Shown here piece by piece: positions 56,644 to 62,475 of a stretch of DNA of 62,475 bases (positions are counted from its first letter, which is position 1; every line of letters starts with the position of its first letter). The notes under the pieces were generated by a model. It worked only from the letters and a program-made list of their open reading frames with translations, made no database searches and had not been told where the DNA came from. This stretch comes from a virus (lineage: Duplodnaviria > Caudoviricetes): the IMG/VR virus record IMGVR_UViG_3300048599_000246, positions 1 through 62,475 of that record; one strand, written 5' to 3'. A program made the position numbers and the translations under genes.

Positions 56644-58233
56644 TCAAGCCTTGGTGATCGAGCGCCGGAACGTGTCGATTCTGTATTCGCGATAGATCAA
56701 GTAGCCGAGGCCGTCCGAAAGGTGCGTCAGGGTCTTGTCGCTGGCCTTGTCGAGGTCCACGGTGCCGATCTTCCAAACGACACGTTCAAAGTCCCGTATC
56801 AAACCTCTGCACGACGGGTTGACGAACAACCGTCGTTCACCGCGCGCGTTGCAGAGCATCGCGTTGACGCACTCGACGCGATCCTTTACCCACGGGTTCG
56901 AGGATGGAACGTTGTATTCGAGTTTGAAATCCGTTTGCCCACGGAACCACTCGCGAATGATGGCGTAGTCCGTCTTGCCCGCGGTCGAGCGCGCGTCGCC
57001 GGCAGAATCACCGTAGAGCTTCACTGGTAGCGGGCGGTCGCCGTTCACTCCGCGGTAGGCGGCGGCGTACTTCGCGGCGCGTCGGCCGAACTCTTCGACG
57101 GCTTCAAGTGTCCGGGAGTCCGGAAGCGCGATCTCTTCGAGCACGTAGACGTTGTTGCCGTCATGCTGGCAGATCGTCCAGCAGAGTGGATCGACGTTGA
57201 AGTCACAGGCGAGAGAAAGCGCCAGGTGCGGATTGAACTTCACTTCCTTGACGTTCTCGGCCTTCGAGAACGGTTTGTAAACCAGACCCTTGCCGGCGCC
57301 GATCAACGGGTGCTGTTGATAGAGCGCTTCCCAGATTTCCTTTGTCTGGTTGCCCTGGATGCGAGCGAGTTCGCTTATCGGGTAGCGTTCGGGCCAAAGC
57401 GCGTCGCCAACTGCTCGCCCGAGTGCGTCGTTGACCTCCTCTGCTATGGCGGGTAGGTTCAGAACGTCCCATTGTTCGCCGTCCCGTTCCTCCATCTCAC
57501 GGATCAGTCGGCCACAAAGGTCGTCATCATGCCAGCGCGTCATTACGAGCACAACGGAGCCGCCTGGCTCAAGCCGGGTGTACGCGGTTGACTTCCACCA
57601 GTTCCAGACGGTTTCGCGGACGGTCGGACTGGCGGCCTCTTTCCAGTTCTTGAAGAGATCGTCGCCGATCAGGATGTCAGCACCGCGGCCGGTGATCGGG
57701 CCGCCCACGCCAGCGGTAACCATGCCGCCGTCAAAACTCGTGTGCCAGTTCTTCGCTTGTTTCGAGTCGCGCGCCAGGCGAACGGTGAGTAGGTCTTCGT
57801 TTTCAAGGAGCGTGTTCCGAACCTTGCGGCCCCATTCGGAAGCGAATCCCGCCTCATACGATGAGAGGATGATCCGTTTGCGCGGCCATCGTTCGAAGCA
57901 CCAACTGGGGAACCAGTGCGAGATCATCTCGCTTTTGCCGTGCCGGGGCGGCATCGTGACGATGATTCGGCGCCTGGTGCCAAGCGCAGCCGCGACCAGC
58001 CACAGACTGAGAATCCGGAGATGCGCGGCGGCGGCCCACCTACCCCTGCTGAGTACCGTCGCGAACGCCGCTGGCCCGCTTCGCAATAGCGAGCGCAAGG
58101 TCCTGGGTTGCGGCGGCAACGTTAGGATCGGCGAGTACCTCATCGGGGATGTCATCAGCCGGCGCGTCGTTCCGTCCGTCCGTTTCGTTTTCGTCTTGAC
58201 GCATGAGGCCGTAAGCCTTCCGTTCAGCGTCAT
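56644..58233 (-). CDS. terL: Terminase large subunit (start uncertain)
   Basis: MPPRHGKS, ITGRGAD, MTRWHDDDL, YQQHP, DFN, HLSDGLGY. Confidence 0.93.
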   Translation of the reverse strand: MTLNGRLTASCVKTKTKRTDGTTRRLMTSPMRYSPILTLPPQPRTLRSLLRSGPAAFATVLSRGRWAAAAHLRILSLWLVAAALGTRRRIIVTMPPRHGKSEMISHWFPSWCFERWPRKRIILSSYEAGFASEWGRKVRNTLLENEDLLTVRLARDSKQAKNWHTSFDGGMVTAGVGGPITGRGADILIGDDLFKNWKEAASPTVRETVWNWWKSTAYTRLEPGGSVVLVMTRWHDDDLCGRLIREMEERDGEQWDVLNLPAIAEEVNDALGRAVGDALWPERYPISELARIQGNQTKEIWEALYQQHPLIGAGKGLVYKPFSKAENVKEVKFNPHLALSLACDFNVDPLCWTICQHDGNNVYVLEEIALPDSRTLEAVEEFGRRAAKYAAAYRGVNGDRPLPVKLYGDSAGDARSTAGKTDYAIIREWFRGQTDFKLEYNVPSSNPWVKDRVECVNAMLCNARGERRLFVNPSCRGLIRDFERVVWKIGTVDLDKASDKTLTHLSDGLGYLIYREYRIDTFRRSITKA

Positions 58234-58657
58234 GGATGACGGGAAGTGAACGGGCGCCCAGCGCGGCGAGGCGGATCAATGCGGTGAGGTCGAGTTCGCT
58301 AAGTTTTTTTTGCTCTACTTTTTCTTTGAGCCGTTCGAGCAGCGTCGTTACCGGAACCATCACGGAATTGGCAGCGACACGGGCCTGAAGCGCTTGCCGT
58401 TTCGCCATCTCCGCAACCTCTTTCTCGATTGCGGAACGGCGGCGGCGGTCGAGTTCGTCATCCCACGCATCCGTGCGTGAAACCCACCCCCAACGGGATG
58501 ACCAGCGGGCGATTAACGCCCCACTCTTCCTTAACTGCCGTGATACCAGGTCAATAGAACGATCTTCGCCAAGATCGCGATAGGCACAGAAGGCGGCGTA
58601 AGCTTCGGAAGACTCGCGTTTTCCGTTCGCGGTCTGCCGTTCCCAAGGCTTCGCCAC
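58040..58657 (-). CDS. terS: Terminase small subunit
   Basis: PWERQ...ES..AY.AF..YRDLG..RS...RWS.RW.W..R..AWD; upstream of TerL. Confidence 0.75.
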   Translation of the reverse strand: MAKPWERQTANGKRESSEAYAAFCAYRDLGEDRSIDLVSRQLRKSGALIARWSSRWGWVSRTDAWDDELDRRRRSAIEKEVAEMAKRQALQARVAANSVMVPVTTLLERLKEKVEQKKLSELDLTALIRLAALGARSLPVIHDAERKAYGLMRQDENETDGRNDAPADDIPDEVLADPNVAAATQDLALAIAKRASGVRDGTQQG

Positions 58658-58663
58658 AACGGT

Positions 58664-59386
58664 TTAGATCCCCTTGTACGGAGGATGAATCCGCGGGTTA
58701 AAAGATTGGGTGAAGTCGTATTGAGCCACCTTCGGCCCCCATTTCGCGATCATGATTTCGGCCTGGCGGCGTTCCTCCGGAAGAAGCCGGTAAGAAGCGC
58801 AGCCGCCCGATTCGGTCAGGTGCTTGGCGAAGTAGTACAGGAAGTTGAAGCGCAGCACGTGATGGTAGCGGCGCAGGTGTTGCAGAAAGTAGTCGTAGTC
58901 CTCATTCAGACTGAGCCGCGTGTCGTAGCGTAGCGGGTTCGGCCGAACGCATGAAAACGGGCCAAGCACAGGCGAGAGGAACGAAAGCGGCGAGTACTCG
59001 CGATAGAGCAGTCGGTCGCGCTGGAGGTTGACTCCCCAGAGGAACGCGCCGCAGTCTTCCGCCATCTGCCAGCCGACTTCGATGTATTCGCGGAACGTGG
59101 CCGGCGCGAGGTCAACGTACTTCAGGTTTTGAACCCTGGTGAACGTGTCGATATCGTCATCGACCATGATGAGCGGATCGCTGCCGAAGTTGTCGAGGAT
59201 CCAGTTTCGGACGCGTGCCATGTTGCCGCGGAGCGCATCAGGCATGACGGCAATTTCACCGCCCTGCTTGTCGCGGTACCGGTCCGCCTCGAATTCGTGG
59301 ACGGCGAGGATCGCTTCAGGAAAGACTTTCCGCGTTCCGACTCGGCCCGCCCTCTTGTACGAGGGGCACACGATCCGGTAATCCAT
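58664..59386 (-). CDS. TET/JBP-associated (GREB1-like/TAGT) GT-A glycosyltransferase
   Basis: PSYKRA, RNWILD, MVDDDI, EDYDY..QH, GGC. Confidence 0.75.
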   Translation of the reverse strand: MDYRIVCPSYKRAGRVGTRKVFPEAILAVHEFEADRYRDKQGGEIAVMPDALRGNMARVRNWILDNFGSDPLIMVDDDIDTFTRVQNLKYVDLAPATFREYIEVGWQMAEDCGAFLWGVNLQRDRLLYREYSPLSFLSPVLGPFSCVRPNPLRYDTRLSLNEDYDYFLQHLRRYHHVLRFNFLYYFAKHLTESGGCASYRLLPEERRQAEIMIAKWGPKVAQYDFTQSFNPRIHPPYKGI

Positions 59387-59825
59387 CGGGTTTCTCCGTG
59401 ATCTTTTCAAGGGCGGCGGCGCCGTCAAGGACGCGGCCGATGCCTACTTTGCGGAAGCCGGGCCGGTTGGCGAGCGCGGCGGGCGTCGTGGTGAGTTCAG
59501 AGAGCAGTGCCGTCAAACTCTGCTCATCGTACCCAGCCAGGTCGTTCGTGCGATTGTCGGCAAGCAGGATGCGGAGCGCGCGGTCGTCATCCACGTCCAC
59601 GAAGAACGCGGGGATTTGTACGGCACCGTTAGCCTTGGCGGCCTTCCAACGGTGACAACCGGCGATGATGTAGCCGGTTGAGCGTTGTACGATCACGGCA
59701 CCGTAAAAGCCGTTCTCCTGAATGCTCTCCTGGATCGACTCGACGTTGCCGCGCCGCGGGTTGCGCGGGTGCGGTTTAATCGAGTCGACAGGTACGAGCG
59801 TGTATTCCTGCTTATTGATTTCCAT
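59316..59825 (-). CDS. ParB/Srx N-terminal domain protein
   Basis: PHPRNPRRG, SI.ENGF, IAGCHRWKAA, LADNRT. Confidence 0.85.
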   Translation of the reverse strand: MEINKQEYTLVPVDSIKPHPRNPRRGNVESIQESIQENGFYGAVIVQRSTGYIIAGCHRWKAAKANGAVQIPAFFVDVDDDRALRILLADNRTNDLAGYDEQSLTALLSELTTTPAALANRPGFRKVGIGRVLDGAAALEKITEKPDGLPDRVPLVQEGGPSRNAESLS

Positions 59826-59897
59826 GGTTCTAATCGAGACGTGCGACTACCCGGGGGCCAAGCAGCACAGACGGACTGGTTACCGACGTGGCCCTCG

Positions 59898-60371
59898 TCA
59901 GGACTTGAGCCTTTGCCCACCGCATGGCGTTGCGGCACTCTTGGCCGCCGGGTAATCGCGCGGCCGGTTCTGCCTCGAAAGCGACTGAAGCAGCCGTCCG
60001 ACAGCCGGATCCGTCTGGTAGATCACAACGTACTCTTTGGAGCGTTCCGTGCCTGGGCGTTCGCCGCGCGCCGGGTCCCAAACGATCTTGCCGTCGAGAC
60101 AGACGACGCAATGTTCCCACCCTTCGGGGAAGTCAGAACCCGCCGACACGGCGCCGAGCGAGTAGCCCGCCGGTTTGCCCCTGGTGTAATCGTTCTCCTC
60201 ATCGAAGCGAACACCCAGGGCGGTAAACCCGAGCGGTTTCAGAAGGTCGAGCATGTCCGCATACCAGGTAGCCGGAGCGATCCGGTCCACCTGCTCAAGC
60301 GGTACCTCGAGGATTGATGCGACGCAGGCGGCGACGCAATTGTCCCGGCGCGTCTGCCGAACGGGCGTCAT
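59898..60371 (-). CDS. Hypothetical protein, possible papain-fold (C...H...D)
   Basis: Q...DNCVAACVASILE...HCVV...VWDP. Confidence 0.6.
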   Translation of the reverse strand: MTPVRQTRRDNCVAACVASILEVPLEQVDRIAPATWYADMLDLLKPLGFTALGVRFDEENDYTRGKPAGYSLGAVSAGSDFPEGWEHCVVCLDGKIVWDPARGERPGTERSKEYVVIYQTDPAVGRLLQSLSRQNRPRDYPAAKSAATPCGGQRLKS

Positions 60372-61639
60372 GCGAGTTGCACCAGATCGGACGGCCGCAG
60401 ATACTTGCCTTCCTCGAATGCCTGCTGCCCACGGTCGGCCAACTCAATGAAACTGGAGCGGGCGAGCGTTTCGAGCGCGGGCCGCCAGCCACCAGGGCCG
60501 AAGCGCTTTTCGAGCGCCATGAGTTCCGCCCACACGTCCGGATAGTTCGCGCGGATCGCGGCGTAAGAGATGGGCTTTTGACCAGGGCAGATCCGGCAAG
60601 CGGTTCGTTGTATGCCTGTCAAGTAGCCGGGCCAAACGGTGATGCCGGATTCGTTCAGAATACTCTCGCTGGTCTGCTTGTCGCTGAAGTAGAGCGGCTG
60701 GAAATACTTGTACGTCGGCATCGTGTCTACGGCGAGCCAACGCGTCTCATTCTTCCGCCCCGTCTGCGTCGCGGATTCCTGCCGACGCCCCCCGCGCATC
60801 ACCACGATTTCGTCGGGGTTGTGCTCCTTCATGTAGTCGTCTAGCGGCTGATGAAGGCATTCGTGGCAATAGGGAAACGAGAAGTGCGGCCACTCGCCCT
60901 TTTCGACCATCATGTCCAAGACGTTGCGGCGCGAGCGCAGCATGACCAATTTCGCGGCGAGTTCTACGGCGGCTTCGTGCAGGTACAGGTGGAAGCCGAC
61001 GAAATCACAACCCATGTCCACGAACAGCAATTCCGTCTCGGCCTCGGGGAAGAACTTCCGGGCCCAACATGCGGTGGCAGTTGAGTCCTTGCCGCCGGAA
61101 TACTCGATCAGAATTTTCCGGCCGGCGATGATGGCCCGTTCTTCCTCGGACGGCGCGAGTTGTTCAAGGGCGGCCGACCTCAGAATCTCCGGTTTCGGCG
61201 CGGCGGCGGCAGCGGCCTTTTCTTCGTCGCGCTGATTGTCTTCGAGCAGTTCCTGTAGCGCCGCCTCGTCGTAGCCGGTGCCGTCTAGGGCACCCTGGCC
61301 CTGTTGGATCTCTTCGAGCAACGCTGCCAGTTGGAGTGGATCATCAAGACCCAACCGCGTAGTGCGATTGTCGGCAAGCAGAATCCGGATCGCGGTTGCG
61401 TCGTCAATATCAACGAACGTAACAGGGATTTCGGTAGCACCTTGTTCGCGGGCGGCGAGCCAGCGATGTTTTCCGGCGAGGATCTTCCCCGTCGATTTCT
61501 GCACCAGCACCGAACCGTAGAAACCGTTCGTGTCGATGCTCTGGCAGACGGCGCCCACATCGCCTTGGTTGACGTTCCGCTCATGCGGCACAACCGAGTC
61601 GATGGGAACTACCTTAAACTCTTGTTCCAGTCGTTTCAT
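60368..61639 (-). CDS. ParB-N / PAPS-reductase (PP-loop) fusion protein
   Basis: N-terminal ParB (AGKHRW.AA, LADNRT); YSGGKDS PP-loop, FVDMG, GGRRQES, RTACRICP. Confidence 0.85.
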   Translation of the reverse strand: MKRLEQEFKVVPIDSVVPHERNVNQGDVGAVCQSIDTNGFYGSVLVQKSTGKILAGKHRWLAAREQGATEIPVTFVDIDDATAIRILLADNRTTRLGLDDPLQLAALLEEIQQGQGALDGTGYDEAALQELLEDNQRDEEKAAAAAAPKPEILRSAALEQLAPSEEERAIIAGRKILIEYSGGKDSTATACWARKFFPEAETELLFVDMGCDFVGFHLYLHEAAVELAAKLVMLRSRRNVLDMMVEKGEWPHFSFPYCHECLHQPLDDYMKEHNPDEIVVMRGGRRQESATQTGRKNETRWLAVDTMPTYKYFQPLYFSDKQTSESILNESGITVWPGYLTGIQRTACRICPGQKPISYAAIRANYPDVWAELMALEKRFGPGGWRPALETLARSSFIELADRGQQAFEEGKYLRPSDLVQLA

Positions 61640-61642
61640 TCG

Positions 61643-61855
61643 TCAAGCGGCGAGCGCCGCATCTTCGATGTAGACGAGGCTTTCGCCCGTGAGGATCTTC
61701 CGACCGCCCAACTGCCCCAGGTCGTGCATGTGCCGGTGTAAGAAACAGAACGACACCACGCGCGGGGTGACGATGCCCTGCGAATCTTTCAGTAGGACGG
61801 AATACTCGCCCCAGCGTTTGCCTTCGCACGTTGCGATCACACAGCCGTCGCTCAT
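61643..61855 (-). CDS. Small hypothetical protein
   Basis: 70 aa ORF in the late operon. Confidence 0.45.
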   Translation of the reverse strand: MSDGCVIATCEGKRWGEYSVLLKDSQGIVTPRVVSFCFLHRHMHDLGQLGGRKILTGESLVYIEDAALAA

Positions 61856-62121
61856 GCGGACCTCTTGCGATTGCGCCAGGCGCGCGGCGCGGGGCTGATA
61901 ACTTGGCCGGAAACCTTGTTCCGGAGATATTGAAAATCGCGCGCGGAGACGCGACTCTCCCTCGTGAACTCCTTGCGAAGTCGTTTGACTTTAGAACCTC
62001 TCATGTCGTCTGTCTCTCCTGAATGTAAAAAGTGGGGCGGGTCGAAGGTCCAAGAGAAAATGGCCGTTGCCGTGGGCCCTGAATCGCCCGCCCCGAGAGG
62101 AGCGGTTAATACGAGACTTGT

Positions 62122-62319
62122 TTACGGGCGGGCTGCGTCGATGAACCAGCGCAGCCCCTGTCCTTCATTCGGTGTATCGGTGAGTGGGGCGCCCAGACTT
62201 CTCAGTCGTGAACGTATCGCGTCGAGCGTTACGCTCTTCATCGGGCCGGCGGGCATTGATTCTGCGACGGCCAGGCGGTAGCGCTCGAAGGAGCACAATT
62301 GCTCAATCTCTGGATTCAT
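62122..62319 (-). CDS. Small hypothetical protein
   Basis: Overlaps the 3' end of the sigma factor gene. Confidence 0.5.
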   Translation of the reverse strand: MNPEIEQLCSFERYRLAVAESMPAGPMKSVTLDAIRSRLRSLGAPLTDTPNEGQGLRWFIDAARP

Positions 62320-62475
62320 GCGCCATCGCGGCCCGTAGTTTTCTGAGCGCGGAGTGCAACGTAAAACTCACCCGAGCGGGCGAGACTTTCAGCCGTTTAG
62401 CTATTTCGCTCTGCGCGAGGTCTTCGCCGAATTTAAGAGTCGTGACCTCGCACTCCCGCAGCGAGAGCGCGGAGC
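62303..62475 (-). CDS. Sigma factor, 3' part (region 4 HTH and stop codon at 62303)
   Basis: In-frame continuation through the repeat: ...HSALRKLRAAMAHESRD*; ~149 aa in total. Confidence 0.85.
   Translation of the reverse strand, partial: SALSLRECEVTTLKFGEDLAQSEIAKRLKVSPARVSFTLHSALRKLRAAMAHESRD
62349..62475. repeat. Terminal direct repeat, second copy
   Basis: Identical to 1-127. Confidence 0.95.

Noticed and set aside
59316-61639. ParB genes as a plasmid partition system
   Set aside because: Only ParB-N domains, no HTH and no ParA; the terminase-adjacent context fits DNA modification modules

Overview
The window is a complete, circularly assembled ~62.3 kb high-GC tailed-phage genome of siphovirus type; 1-127 is repeated exactly at 62349-62475. 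The host is tentatively Acidobacteriota-like (inference only). The plus-strand arm (~1.7-28.5 kb) carries early/accessory and replication genes: DUF523, a methylase-like protein, a Ycf46-type AAA ATPase, WGR, DUF3150, MazG, ERF, a RecB-like nuclease, DnaB, RusA, an initiator with iterons, DUF5131 and a thermonuclease, with a tyrosine recombinase inserted on the opposite strand. The minus-strand arm carries a sigma factor spanning the junction, a ParB/PAPS-reductase/glycosyltransferase DNA-modification cluster, terminase, portal, lysis, head and tail genes. The most striking feature is a set of six minimal HDV-like (theta-type) self-cleaving ribozyme folds in the early operon. Each sits in the same cassette: hairpin + ribozyme + GGAGCGGAAA ribosome-binding motif + start codon. 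They are not attached to tRNAs, which suggests ribozyme-punctuated processing of a polycistronic mRNA. Also notable are a ~530-nt tetraloop-rich leader, an AAA+ ATPase with swapped Walker A/B segments, and two dif-like sites. All protein family calls come from motif recognition by eye, not database searches.
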